Of a stretch of 64,000 nucleotides of DNA, positions 23,682-37,276 are shown one piece after another (the first letter of the stretch is position 1; each line of letters begins with the position of its first letter). The stretch lies in the NCBI GenBank assembly GCA_964106645.2, contig OZ067038.1. The stretch is one strand, 5' to 3'. This stretch comes from Podarcis pityusensis (taxonomy: Eukaryota). The notes below the pieces were generated by a model. That model was given only the letters and a program-made list of their open reading frames with translations, searched no databases and had not been told where the DNA came from. A program made the position numbers and the translations under genes.

Positions 23682-24002
23682 GATTTTGTCAGCTGATGGA
23701 CATTCTTTTCCATCCTATTGGATCATAGTTATAGTTCAATTAGGGGACAGAATTCCACCCAAAGTAAAACTATTGGTCCCCAATTTGGTAACCTTTACTC
23801 AAAAGGGAGTTAATCCACCCTCTTGATCATTTTCATTGCACACATATACCATGTGTTGATTTTAATAAAAATCATAAATAAAATAAATACTTTGTTTTAT
23901 ATTTGGATCTCTATACTGTTTTGCCCTATGCATGACCATAGCTACTGCCGATGAAACTATGGAAGAAGATAAATAGTATTGAGATACATGGTAGTCCCTG
24001 TA

Positions 24003-24344
24003 CAGAGGCAGATTTAAGGTACTGTGACTGGTTCTGCCTCTCAGGGCGCCAATCCGAGAGGGCGCTTTATCACCTCCTTCCAAAAGCCTAGTAAGCAGGA
24101 AGGAGGTGTGAGGGCTCTGACAGAGTCCTAAAATCGTCCCACCTCCTTCCCAAAGCCTAGTTAGTATCTGCTCTGCTTTGGGAAAGGGGAAAGAAGGCTC
24201 TAGAACCCTCCCTGAGCCCTCACACCTCCTTCCCAAAGCCCAGTGCCTCCTTTACCCTGCTTTGACAAGGCAGTGTGAGGGTTGAGGGAGGGGTGTCAAA
24301 TTTTGGCCTCACACAGGCTGCCATATCACCAAGGTCTATCCCTG
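24003..24344. mobile_element. hAT MITE with internal repeats
   Basis: Ends CAGAGGCAGATTT...TCTATCCCTG; ccctgta on both flanks; three copies of cacctccttcc(c/a)aaagcc(t/c)agt inside. Confidence 0.65.
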
Positions 24345-25886
24345 CCCTGTAACCATTTCTTTTTTAAGTAATAGGTCATAGTAGGAAAAACTGAAATGCA
24401 ATATGCTCCTCAATAATGATGGAGTGGGGGATTCACTACAGAAGCAGTTGATATTAGGAAATTCTGGACAGTCTTTTCAGAAGCTTCTGTAGATATTCTC
24501 TCCTGTGACTTAAAAAAAATACAGAATGTAAATTTCCCCTTAAAGAAGAGAATGGCTGTGATTGCATGGTGAGTGACCATCTGCCTGTTCACTGAATTTG
24601 TTCATGTACTAGAGGCAGCAGCAGGGTTGCATATGCATTATGGGAATAATAATGTCAGGATTGTAAATAGCCACTCCCTTGGTGACTTGTGGCAAGTATT
24701 AATCACCTCCAGATAATCAAGAAGGTGCATTTCACAAGCCTCATTTTTGTGTACATTTGTGTACTTATTTGCATGGCTGAAATATCCTGAAGGACCTATT
24801 ATCAATACTTTTTATAGCTTGCAGTGACTATCAGAACTACTTTTGTGACTGTGGTGGAAATTCAAACACCAAAACACTGATCCAATTTCCATTGACAATG
24901 GAACAAAGGAGTCTTGCCCTGGGTTCAGCTGCTTAAATTAATGCTCTAGTGAGCCAGAACACATAGCTGGCTTACATATTACAGTTTTCTTCTTGGTTGG
25001 GGATATACTTCTGTGTAGGTAAAACTGGCATGGAATTCCTGCATGAATAAAGAAAACTTTTTCTTATGCTTTTGCTGCAGCTAAACTGTTCACGGTGGCA
25101 GCAGGAAACATCCTGAATTGCAGACATGTCCACAAAGGATCTCAGACAGCAGTGCTGTGAACGATCTGTACCTAAAGAGTTATGAGTTCATTACTTGCTG
25201 GCAGCAGTCAGATTTGACAGAATTGGCTGGGTCAAAGAGAAAAGCTCTATTGAAGGAGTGAAACTCATGTTTTGCATTTGGAAGGTCCAATGTTCAGTCC
25301 TTGGTACCTCTGGTTAAAATATCTATATCGTAAAACATAAAATAAAAATCTGAGACTGCCATACCGGTACTGCCTAGTCCCTGTGACTCTTAACATCCAC
25401 CTGAAGTCTATCTCCAAGCAGAAAAATCCAGGCTTACTATAAGATACTGTGTTGATGCTTTTCAAGCCAGAAGTGCACTGATCAGGTAACCAATTATATA
25501 TAACCGAATCAGTATGCAAGCACACATACGTGTTGTCACACACTACAGTAGACACAATCTCTTGCAAACATTACACTTTCTGTACTGGCACACTCATCCC
25601 TGTTTGTAGCTGCTGGGCTTCCATGGGTAGGGGTACATAAAAAGGCATATCCATTCCCCACCATCTTTTTCTTTTGCACAAATGGCCACAGTCACTGGCA
25701 TGCTCAGTTCATCAACTATTCCATCACACACTAATAGTTGTCCCCAACAATGCAAGAGGTACATCTCCCTAGACATTAAGGCAGCTTCCCTGGATTAAGG
25801 TTTAGTCAACCAGAGGTCCCACTCAAGCACAATTTGGTAGCCAGTAGATACAATCCAATAGTTTTCTTTTCCAGCAGCTTTTACCT

Positions 25887-26106
25887 CAGCCTTCCCTGGC
25901 GCTGGTGTGCAAAAGGGGAGGGACCCTCTTGCTCTTTTCTTCCATGACCATCCCACCCCCCTTTACAGCAGAAATGGAGAATGTGTTACCCATAAGATGT
26001 TGCCAGACTACAACTCACAGCACCCCTGATAACAGGCCGTAATAGCTGGGACTGATTGGAGCTGGAGTCCAGCAACCCTGGATGAGCACCAGGTTGGCTT
26101 CCCCTA
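25887..26106. mobile_element. Degraded hAT MITE
   Basis: gatgttgccagactacaactc..gctgggactgattgggagctggagtcc..caccaggttggcttcccct core of the same palindromic MITE group as 869-1004. Confidence 0.55.
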
Positions 26107-26214
26107 CTTTACACAAGAGCACAGCTATTTTATTGTCAACTATTGTGTCAGTAAGAAGTTCAGATGTAGCATTGCAGGTGTAATAGCACATCTACTCTGA
26201 AATGTTTTGAATAT

Positions 26215-26482
26215 TGACATTAGGCAGGAACCCTCACTATACAACTTTAAAGCATTTGCTGAAAACGTTTCTGTTTCAGAAGCCTATCCAGACACATGGT
26301 TTAGTTATACTGTAATTCTTCTAAAAGTTTTATTGATTTCATCTTTGTTTTAATTATGCATCTTTGTTTTTAATCCATTTGTGCCGTTTAGTCATATTTT
26401 ATATTTTATTTTATTTTATTTGTACTCTATTTGAAGATTTGTTTATTTATTGGACAAGTGCTTTATAAAATTTCTAAATAAT
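26215..26482 (+). mobile_element. L2 3' end (ORF end plus T-rich 3' UTR)
   Basis: attaggcaggaaccctcact..tttaaagcatttgctgaaaacgtttctgtttcagaagcctatcc (IRQ.P.L..F..LLKTFLF..AY) then T-rich UTR and tail. Confidence 0.55.
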
Positions 26483-26729
26483 ACAGGATATAGTTTCCTT
26501 TGTATGAGAATATACTAAAGACTTGAGATGTATTTGTGCTGTTTGTTTTCTTTATAAGTATACAAGCAAAGTCTACAGGCTTTTGGAAGCAAGCAAACAT
26601 CTACAAAACAGGTAGCAAAATAATTCATCCTGCATAAATTTTCTAAGAGCTATATAGAGCCCAGTCTTTTTTCTAGCCCAACCAGCTACATTATATAACT
26701 CTCTCTGCCTCTGAGCTCTTTTTTTATAC

Positions 26730-27040
26730 CAGGGGTGGGGAATCTCCAGCCTGAAGGCCAAACTTGGCTTGCCAGACCTTCCCACCATTTGACCGTCCAA
26801 GCTGTATTCCTGAAACCATGCCCACCTGCCACACACCTGGTATCATAGGATGTCAGGGATGGGGCAGGTAGAGATGTGGATTCAGGAAACAGGATTGAAA
26901 ACCACCACCACCCCATGTATCAATTGATACATATCGAGTTGAATCCTGTTTGGTTCAGATGTGACAGCCAGTCCCTGCAAAAAGCAGGATTGAACTCCCT
27001 GCCGATCAGCTGACATTGACACATGCAGACTCCATCTTGC
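26730..27040. mobile_element. hAT (Charlie-like) element fragment
   Basis: CAGGGGTGGGGAATCT terminus after a ttttatac target-like site; right end not found. Confidence 0.5.
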
Positions 27041-28839
27041 TGGTAAATTCCCTATTCAGGAAAGATTCTTCCTAATCACTAGCAGCCACTGAGAGATTAT
27101 AAACTGATCACTTATTAGTATTTGTTTGCAGTCAGCTTTACAAAGAATGATCACCTAGCAGCCATAATACTAATATTTCAGATTTTTCAAGCAGGAATAT
27201 CAAGCTGATAAACTTCTAAAGAACAGGATATCCCAGTGTGACATATCCAAAGAGGAGAATCTTGAAACAGCTTAAAATATAGCCATTAAAAATGTTACAC
27301 AAGGGTTAGCTGTCTCAGTAGGAAAGCACCACACTGATGTATTGATCTCTTTGAAGAAAGCAATTTTTCTTCAATAATTAATCTGTTTACCAGAACCTAT
27401 GCACTTAAGTATTTCAACAATATAGCTTTCATCTGCTCAGGCATACTTCCATCTTCCTCATGCCTTCCCTCTCTGTAAACTTATCAGAAGTCAGTAAGAG
27501 CCTATCCTGAGCTTAAATGAAAGTGTACACTCTTTAGATGTGTAAAATATATCCTCAAAAACCAATGAAGTAACTTGCCATGCCAAAGCCAAACACAGGT
27601 GATTGGAAGAGGAACGAAGAAGCAACTTGCGGAAAGACACAGGACCAGCTCTGATAAAGCAACCACAGAAACAAAAGTAAGGAAAGAAAGAAAAGAGGAA
27701 GGGAAGGGCATGACAGTTTGGCCTTAATAGCTATCAGAAAGGAAGGAGCATCAGCATGTGAAAAAGAAATGTAATGTGAGCTGATCATTAGGACATACCT
27801 CCTTCAAACTACCCAAAGCCAGCCCAGTTCACTGGAGAGGTTCAAAACAGTTATCTTATTATTGACACACTATGGTTCTGCTTATAGGCAGATACAATCT
27901 TGCTGATTACCCATAATGCCTGCTAAAATAAAAAATTTTATGAGACGTGGTACGCGATTGCTTCACAACCTGCTGTCATTTCGAAGTGAATGGAGTATTT
28001 TGCATGTCTGAGAGATTATTACAGGCTCTCTGCAAAATAAACTAGTCAACTCTGGGTGGAACATAGTTTTCAAGGTACCCTAGGTTCCATAATAATTGGA
28101 TGTAGAAAAAAGCAACCGAAAACTAATATTTTGCCTCAACTGCTCCTTGAATTTCCACATTCCTCCTCCTCCACTGTTTACAGAAGACCAATATACATGC
28201 CATTTATGTGGGTGTGTTTGTACAGAATACAGCTGCACAAATTTATTATAGGATGGATATATGTTCTTTAGCACAGTCTGCTGACCTTCAGGGAATATTG
28301 CAATGCAACGCAAGCCTTTTCTTAGGCCTTGCTTTTGTAGTTTCAAGTTGAGCAGCCTGGCAAACTCCTGTTTGTTTTTCTATCACAGACATTGACTAGG
28401 TAATCTGAAATGAAACAATATATGGAGGGAAATCCTAGTTTCTCTGTTAAATCACCAATTCAGGGGGTGGGGGGCTCCAGAAGAGGATGTCCCTACTTAG
28501 CAGGCAATAACAGAGAAACATACACTGATCCTGGTTCTCAAATCACTTTGGGAGATGCACTTAAGGACAAAGCAGATATAGCTGCTGCTATGGAGAACAT
28601 GGGGTAAAATGCAGGCAGGCAGGCGCACATGCACCTGCAGACAAATCCCTACCAGGTAAGGTCATATCAACCTTCAATAGTCCCTTGTGAACTAAACACA
28701 GAAGACTTGTCTCAAGCAGAATCCTAGAGATCGTGAGTTTCTGCCTGCAGTTAACAGCATGGGTCTGTTAACTCAGTGAAGACTTCTCAATACCAGTGTC
28801 CATGATAGGTACTAGACAAACAATTATTGAGGGAGGGGG

Positions 28840-29290
28840 GAAACCCCGTTGTTTCCCCTCGAGCGCAACAGTGACTTAGAAACATTTCTACAGTAATGAA
28901 CATCGCTGATGATACCAGTTGTAGCTTAGAGCAGGGAAAGCCCTGAACCCTCCTGCGATCGAGGCTGCGTTGCTGTGTGCCTGTACTAAAGTGCAGCTGA
29001 TGCTGAACACTGTGGCTCCACTGCGAGATGCCAAGTGCCACTGTGCAAAATTGCTTTGCAATGCACGTGTCCTGCTCAAAGCTGCCTCTGCTGCCTGCAC
29101 CTTTGGCATCAGAAAGGATTTAATTTCCCTGCAAGGGCCCGTGAGAAATGAACAATACAATGTTCACAGTGGGCATAATCCTTGGCTCTTGTTGACGCCA
29201 CACAGAAATCCATTCTGTCTTCTTCTAATCCTAGCACACAGCCGAGGTTTGCACGATGAAGCTGAAGGGACAGGCGCTATTTATAGCCTT
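28840..29290. promoter_or_regulatory. Candidate enhancer or alternative promoter (MEF2/TATA, E-boxes, CpG retention)
   Basis: About 14 CpGs in 450 bp of non-repeat DNA; canonical MEF2 site CTATTTATAG (29277-29286), which reads TATAAATA on minus; E-boxes CAGCTG (28994) and CACGTG (29064). Confidence 0.4.
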
Positions 29291-30857
29291 TAATTTCACC
29301 CTGCATCAGTGGATTTTTCAGGCAAAGAAAAACAGAGCTTTTAGCTCGTTTCCATTTTTAACCTGTTCAATGCTCACAGATTGAGGAAGTCAAAACAGGT
29401 TTATTTTGTGTGATTCAGAGAACAGGGAAATAATTTAAATGAAAATGGTTTGCAGAGCATTAGAGGCTCAGACCTACTTTGATTCATCTGCTGGAAAGTA
29501 GCAGCAGTATTTAGCCAATACTGCCCCTAGAGCTCTGTGGACAAAAAGGAATAGCCAAATGGCACAAAGATGACCATTAGTAATTTGACTAGATAGAAGA
29601 TGGGACAATGGGCACCTGCCCGCCACAACTTTTGTACTGGCCTATTTCTTCTCTCTCACTGTGACTAAGGGGCTCATGAATTCTCCCTCCTGCTTCACAC
29701 CATTACAACCCCCCCCCCCAAAAAACCCCCGAAAAGTAAAAATGTTGCGATGCTGCAATGGATGAATTTCATGCAGCCACACAAAGCAGACAGCAAGCTG
29801 CTTGTGTAAGATAACAGACCAGAGAGAACATGTTTGTTAAAACCACTAATCCTAAGCACACAGAACTTCAGCCTCATACATACAGAGCACAAATCAGAGA
29901 TACAATGAACAAAGAATTTCACCCAATTTTTCCATCTGAAAATGTGCTAATTTTTAATGCTTTGCTGAATTGTACTTTTCATTATTTTATTACCCCCTCC
30001 TTTGATTAGCTGTGCCAGGTTTTTTGGGGGTGGGTGGGGGTGGCTAGATGTTTCACATTGCTTGATATAGCTTTCACCAGAGTCAGATCAGCACAAAAGC
30101 TTCCCACTCATTTCCATTACAAAACAGGAAATGAGGAGTTATTACGTGGAAAAAAGAGGCACAAGTTTGGCACTAAAGGGGCTGAGGGTACACAACAATG
30201 ATGTTCCTTCCCATTTGTAGAATGTGTCAACCATTCACAGCCTGCATTTTCCTGAATTAGCCACGGAAGGGGAATGCAACCTGTGAATTCTGCAACCTAT
30301 AGAATCCTTCTTGGGCCCACTCACAAAGCAAATGGTTCTTCTCCCCGCCACCTGACCCCTGACCTCAATTTGAACATGATTAAATTTTCAGATTGTTGTT
30401 GTTGTTTATAAAGAATAAACTTTACCTATTCAAGCAAAATTTGTGTGGCAATAGATATTTTTTTTAAAAAGGTGGAAAAAGAGAGATAAAAGAAGAAGAA
30501 AGGATGTTGAGTTTCTATATAAAAGGGTATGAGAAAGAAAACCTGCTGAGTAGCTTTCATAGAGCATCTCTAGCTAGATGTGCCACCTTCTACAAACCTG
30601 TACTCATGCCACAGGAAAGAAGCAATCATACAGCTCACTGAACTGTTTCAGTGGCATACACAAAACAAGAACAGCACAATAATTTGGGACTGACAATTAA
30701 TCTGGTGTAATTAAACCCAGTTAGTGATGGTTCAAAGAAAAATAGGTAAAAAAGGAGAATTCCTGGATGCCAAGACCCAAATTTGGGTCAAATACTCTTT
30801 GGTGAGAGAACCCCAGCAGAGATTTAAAATACAAAATATGCAGCAAATAATGGAAAA

Positions 30858-31288
30858 ATTCAAAGTGCTGGTTTTGACCTATAAAGCCTTAAACAGCTCA
30901 GGACCGCAATACCTCAAGGACTACCTCTTTCCACATGAACCTACCCAGACCCTGAGATCATCTTCTGAGGCCCTCCTTTGTGTGCCTCTTCCTTGAGAGG
31001 TCTGGAGGGTGGCAACACAAGAACGGGCCTTCTCTGCAGTGGCTCCCCATCTGTGGAATGCTCTCCCCAGGGAAGTTTGCCTGGTGCCTTCATTATACAC
31101 CTTTAGGTGCCAGGCAAAACTATCCTTTTTAACCAAGCCTTTGTTGATTTGATTGACATCCTATACGCTTTTAAAATGCGGGGGGCTATTGGGTTGTTGT
31201 TTTTATTTTTATTAGGTATTTTGTGGTTTTATATCTTGATTTTATTCTGTGAACCACCCTGAGGCCTCTGGGTATAGGGCGGTATATA

Positions 31289-31323
<35 letters not shown>
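30858..31323 (+). mobile_element. 5'-truncated L2 LINE with (AAT)n tail
   Basis: FKVLVLTYKALNSSGPQYLKD..TLRSSSEALL..RAFSAVAPHLWNALP; 3' gaaccaccctgagg..tagggcggtatataaat(aat)n. Confidence 0.9.
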
Positions 31324-31324
<1 letters not shown>

Positions 31325-31396
31325 TGCAGATAGAAGAACTACTTTACAGCAGGAGTGTAGAGCGCGCATATTACTGGTCCAAAGTGCTTAATGTTG

Positions 31397-31478
31397 GAAT
31401 CCTATAAAATTTTACCTAAGATTAAGTCCCACTGAACTAAATGGTGCCTTGTTTCTAAGAAGACATGCATAAGATTGT
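31397..31478. repeat. Short palindromic MITE-like dispersed repeat
   Basis: aatcctat..taagtcccactgaact.aatgg..catgcataagattg; related copies near 49840-49915, 51185-51215 and 61150-61205. Confidence 0.55.
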
Positions 31479-32268
31479 GAGGTTTCTCTTATTCCTAGGC
31501 CTCATTGCAAGATGATGTTGCATTTTCCGATTTTTCCTTAGAGCTGAAGTTATTGAAATATTAAGGATATTGAGGTTTGGTGGAACTTCCAAGCAATTGT
31601 GATGGCAATGTCTCACAAAGACAGGGGTCAAAACAAAACTATTTGTTTAACAATGCTTAATACAACTTTGCACTATCCAGAAAACGTTACATACGCCTTG
31701 AGCATTAGTGAAGCATTTGCCTCTGTACCGTTGATTTCACTGGGACATGTCCATGTGACATTGGGTTGAGATGACTCAAAGGACTGACTCATGGTTTCTG
31801 AACTTTTGGCACCAGCCAAATGCATATTTGATGAGGCTGTTACATAAAATGTTAGACTATGAAGCATCTGAGAGACAATACATTCAGGTTGGGGGGGTGT
31901 CAGGTTGAGCTTACAGCGTTTGCTTTTGTTACAAATCAGAGACCTGCTATGTAACAATGTGCTACTTGTCACGTACCCCAAAATGCAAATAGCAAATTGA
32001 CTGCTGGATCATCACCATTTTCTACAAATACTGTCAAAAATAAATATAAACACTTCATATCAGTCCATCAACTATCTGTACACTAAGAATCAAAGCTAAA
32101 AAATAAGATAATTGCTTTGGGCAGCAAAAAAGAAAAAGAAGAAGAAGAAGAAGAAATCCCCTCTCCCTGCTAGTTGACCCCATGACAGTTAACAGGAAAT
32201 AATCATTTGCTACTGGGAACACAAATACATGCTCCATGGGCGGTGCCAATAGATCAGTCTAGATTTGC

Positions 32269-32514
32269 TAGGGTTGCCATGTTCCCAAAGGTGAAAATCC
32301 AGACAAAGCTGTTGGGGGAAAGAAGCTGTTGAGCTTTTTTGGGGAACATCTCCTCCCAAAAAAACTAAGACTTTGGGCTTTTCTTTTCTTTAAAAAATCA
32401 CCCTAGCTGCCATATGTCCAGGTTTTCCCCGACATTTTGCCAATTCAGGAAAATCCGCCCAGACGCTATTTTGACAGTCTGATTCCCGGATGTGTCCAGG
32501 AAAACCCAGATGTA
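32269..32514. mobile_element. hAT-Tip100-like MITE, right TIR eroded
   Basis: TAGGGTTGCCA left TIR; 8-bp TSD agatttgc (32261-32268 and 32515-32522); same family as 44299-44554. Confidence 0.8.
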
Positions 32515-32762
32515 AGATTTGCTAGATTTGCAATTTCTCTAGGACAGTCACTAACAAAAGCATGAGTCAGTCTCCTCTGCCACAGACTAGCATTTTGTTT
32601 GTGTGTGTCTGTTGCTCTCTTGTTTTTTTTTCCTCTCTCTCTCTCTCTCACACACCTGAATAAAAAAACCTAAAGATCACCATGGTGTCCCAGGTGGTGA
32701 CTTTAGTGCTTTTTATCATGTTTGGCTTATATGCCTGTCACTACTTTGTCTGTCCTGAATGA

Positions 32763-33044
32763 CAATAACAATAACACTTTATTATACCCCGCCCATCTGG
32801 TTGGGTTTCCTCAGCCATTCTGGGCAGCTCCCATCCTAATATTAAAAACATGATAAAAAAATCAAACATTAGAAGCTTCCTTAAACAGGGCTGCCTTCAG
32901 ATGTCTTCTAAAAGTCAGGTAGTTGTTTATACTCTTGATATCTGATGGGAGGACATTCCACTGGGGAGGGGGGGCACTACCAAGAAGGCCCTCTGCCTGG
33001 TTCCCTGTAACCTCGCTTCTCGCAGTGAGGGAACCGCCAGAAGG
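32763..33044 (-). mobile_element. Short 5'-truncated L2, same family as the 15320 copy
   Basis: Near-identical to 15350-15620 (WNVLPSDIKSINNYLTFRRHLKAALFKEA; same 3' stem-loop). Confidence 0.92.
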
Positions 33045-33084
33045 AATCAACTGCAAATGAATTTCTGATTTCTAAAGTGATGAA

Positions 33085-33270
33085 CAGAAGAAAACTTAAA
33101 CACCTGCTTTCTCCACTCCACTCATAATTTTCCCATCTAAAGACATTTTTTCCTAAACTAAAAAGCCTCAAATATTTAAGCTTTTGCCTAAGTGGAAGGT
33201 CTCCAACCCCCTGATAGTTTTGATTCCCCTTTCCTGCACCATTTCTACTTCTATAATAATGTTTCATAAC
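33085..33270 (-). mobile_element. CR1 ORF2 C-terminal fragment
   Basis: Minus-frame GVGDLPL..KLKYLRLFSLGK (cf. GLExLxYEERLxxLGLFSLEK). Confidence 0.6.
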
Positions 33271-36200
33271 CCATTCATGAAATCAGTAGCACATCCACAT
33301 GAAATTTCTGCGCACTGACTTGAATTAGGCAAAATCTTTGCCTCATTTTGGGCATAGTTTTGCATAATTTGTGAGATACAATTGAAGTATGAGCCTAACT
33401 TGGGAAAAGCTTTTTTATATTGGGTAATGATGTCGCTGATTCACTCCACTAGGTAAAGACTTTGCAATCCAATCCACTAGGTAGAGTCTTTGTAATCATT
33501 ACCATTTTTCCCCCAAATTTCCAATGGATGGTTTCTTTCAGAAGACACAATCCCAAATTTTAAAAACACCTGCCGATAGGCTAAAATTCCATACTACTTA
33601 GAAATTACATCACCAATTGTTGAAAGAGGATAAATAATCCTGACCTCCTTTCACAGCGGCTACGCACACTATCATAAAGCCACAATACATTTCAGTTTAG
33701 CAGCTTGGATCCTAAGGTAAGTTAATTTATAAAAGTTCAGAGAACAATGTTTTCCTCCTCCCGCCTGCAGGCCTGAAAAACATTTATGTGGGGTAGGGAG
33801 AGTCTGTCTCCGTTCCTCTTTCTGGTTGCTACTCCCTGCCTTCTCTTCCCTACCACCACCACCACATTGATCCCTAGAGATATGGGTAGGAAAAGGCATA
33901 GTTCTTCGGTGTCCCATCCAATCTTCCACCTCCCAAATGGATGCATGCAACCCTCTCATCCTCAGAAAGCCTTCTGTGTCAAAGCAATACTTTTGTAGTT
34001 TACAAAAAGTGACAGCAGAGTCATAGGAAAAGACATGATAGGCAGTGAAAGTCCAATGAGTAACAGTCGTTGAAGAAACAGAACAGCTTCAAAGACTTGA
34101 ACTTTCACACTTTAAGGACCTAACAGTGACAGGTGACAGCTGAGCTATCTCCAAAAAAAAAAAAAAAAAGAGGGGGGGGGAGGCAGAAATGATAGCAAAA
34201 GTCCAGCGGAATAGATGCAAACTTTCTCAGCAGCACCTGGTGGAGCAGAGTGGTGCAGTCATAATCCTGCTAGCCAATAGGGGTTTCCCCTAGTCTTTCT
34301 CCAGAGTTGCAGTTTTCCCGAACTTTAAAGTACTTTTAAAATGAACACTATCACAGCTTGAGCAAGCAATCTCCTTCCCACACCGTTAGCTATTGATTGT
34401 TACTAATAGCACACTGAATTGTGAAATCTAGGGGGATTTCTCCTCCCTCAGCAGGCTCCCATGCTCCATGAGTGTTCCCAGAGATGTTTTTTGCAGGCAA
34501 AGGGAAGAGGGGTGTCTACAGAGGGTGGGAGAGAAAACCTTCATTCCATAGACTGCCTTCCATTGTTATTTAATACATTTTCAGCCTGCCCTTCATTAAC
34601 AAGCAAACAATAAAACAATACAAAACAATAAAACAATAAAACAATACAAAAACTTCACTATTCCATAATACCAAGAAAATAAAATATCTTTTTGTAACCA
34701 ACTTTGAGGGTTTGGGGTTTGTTTTTTTAACAATCAAGTAGAGTATAATTTTTATGAAACAAATAAATAAAAAAGTGCAGCAAAAAGAATAGCAAGAATA
34801 GCAAGGTCCTTGGCATTAAAGCCCCACTCAGGTCTGTGAGAAAAAGTAGGTATTCAGTTGGCAGTGAAAACTTTTGAGAGTTATCTTTGGTTCTAATCCA
34901 ATATATTTTTGCATTGAAGAATTCAGCAGAGCTCAGAGGGCTTAAGGAGCCCACATTTCCCCTAGTAAGTATATGCAGATTTCCTCCCATATAACTTGGA
35001 CGGAAAAACTCACATTTCTCCCACAGATCATAAGTTACCCTGAAGGTCTGCCTGATCTGTGGCATATACAGAAGTATTGATAATATTGAATTAATGGATT
35101 GGAATTAAAAATGGCGGAATGTATTAGAAGTTACCATTCTGAATACATGGACCTGCATATATGATCCTTAGCTGGTAACCACATCCAGGGGAGGGGTCAG
35201 GAGAATGCTATGACTAAGATTAGGGGTGGAGCGAGTGAAATATATTCTAATGTTTCTTCTTTCATAAGGAAGATTCTTCTGTTTAGTTTTTCACATACCA
35301 ATTTGGTTTGAATTTCCATCAAAGGATACCATAGATTCATAAGAGTCAGCCAGGCAGATTCAGGGCTGCTCAAGCCTAATGGATACAAATGAATATGACA
35401 GACAATTTTTACAGAACACACAAAATTACACCTTAAACAGGTAGTTCTGCCTGTCACTGGAGTTTATCTTCTACCTCAGCTGGCTAACCAATTAAAAATT
35501 AATACTTATGTACGAATGAAAAATCCCTCCACTCTCCTCCAGATTTCTGTTTAGAGGTAATAATCTCCTGGATTGTGACATCAGTGTCTGCTGCTGTGGG
35601 GATTGATTGGCAATGACACAAATTGGAGATTAAGGGAGTGAATGATGCCAAAGGCAGCGTAGAATTACAGGAGACGACTTTGCCCCATATACCTGGACAT
35701 TCACAAAAGTACAACAACAAGAGAGTGCTTGGGATACAGGAATCAGGACACCAAGGCCATTTCTATTAGGCAGCAGACCACCAAACTAGTATCAAGTAAC
35801 CATATCCCACAGCAGACTGTGCTGCTGAGTGAGTTCCCACAGTCCATTCTAGCAGAGATTACTGGATGCCACAACATTAGTTATACAATCAAGGACTCTT
35901 TTGGTAGCATGTGTTCTGGTGTGATACATGCCACAACAGCTGGTCAGCAGTATATACAGGATAAATTGCACAGTCCCAGCATAAGAGAATAAATGGGCAC
36001 AAATTTAACACTGTAAATGAGAATTCACAGAAACAAATAATGGGACATTTTGGTTTTCTTGCACACTGCTTTTGTATTTAAGCAGGAGCAAAACAGACTA
36101 CAAATGGCAATTGCAGAAAGAGACTGCAGATTGAAAAGATTACCGTATGTTTTGTGCTTTCGTTCACTCCATAGTTGCAAACATAGTAATATGTCTATTG

Positions 36201-36704
36201 CAGTCTGCTCCAAGCTTTAAGGACTGGGTGGGATTTTAAAAAACAACAACACATCACCAAGTTCTGTAGGTAGACAGGAAACAATAAGACTTCCAACTCT
36301 ACAATTCTATGATTTTACAGCTTGATCATATTTGTGCTGAGAATCCCAGTGCTGATGCTAGGGAACAACTTTCCTCTGCCATCCACCTGAGCCCCCTTGT
36401 GGCACAGCTGTGATGTCCAAAAGGCCCTTTTGCCACTTTTACCAAACAGACAAGGGTCATCTTCTGTCCTCTTCTCTTCTTGGCTGAGGTCTTTTTGGCC
36501 TGATAGGTGCTGTGAATACTTATCCAAAGCTGTGCAGGCCACTGTCAGAAGGAAAAGAAAGGATTTTTCTAGGGCAACTGGACAGCATTTCAGCAAGGTG
36601 GTGCTGAAGCCAATCAAGAGGATTGGGGCAAAAATTTCCTGTCAAGGAAGTGTGTTGATACAACACATCTTCATTCTTGGGAATTACAATACAACCTCTT
36701 TGCT

Positions 36705-36708
<4 letters not shown>

Positions 36709-36740
<32 letters not shown>
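36709..36740. repeat. (GT)16 microsatellite
   Basis: Perfect dinucleotide run. Confidence 0.95.
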
Positions 36741-36743
<3 letters not shown>

Positions 36744-37276
36744 AGCTCTGTGCATACAGCACCAGCACACACGACAATTTCAGAGAAGGTCTGCCTCCTA
36801 AAATATTAATTCCTTCATTTCATATACCAAAGGACTTATATATAAATAGGAGAAAAATCATGTGGAGGCATCTATGGGTTACACACAGATCATAGCCACA
36901 GCACTTTTGATAAGATCTCCATTAAGCAGGAAAGCGTAATTGTCCCCATAAGGAGTTCAATTCCTGTACACTGCAGTGCACAGTGCTTCCACGTACTCTA
37001 TCCTGGCTCCTGTCTTTCTTCAGTTACTGTAAATCTTTTTAGCATAATGAATAATTGAAGATGGCATATTACATGAATGTTACTCCAACCATAGCTACAA
37101 AGCCACAGTTCCAATCTATCCCCCCCCCCCCGTTTTCTCCCTCCCCACCCATATAATTCCTTCCCCATTTTCATTCTATAGCAATTTTGCTTCAACTAAA
37201 GTCTGTGCTTTTCCTCATCTCAATGTGCACTGCTCAGGAAACAAGTGCGAAATCTGTGTTCCTAAGGATTTAAACG

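Noticed and set aside
31673-31981. Minus ORF with Ig-like PNVTW and three N-glycosylation sequons
   Set aside because: No Ig cysteine spacing, no convincing splice sites, non-ATG start; probably chance.
36315-36744. Overlapping 100-115 aa ORFs
   Set aside because: Non-ATG starts, no domain similarity, and one runs into a (GT)n repeat.
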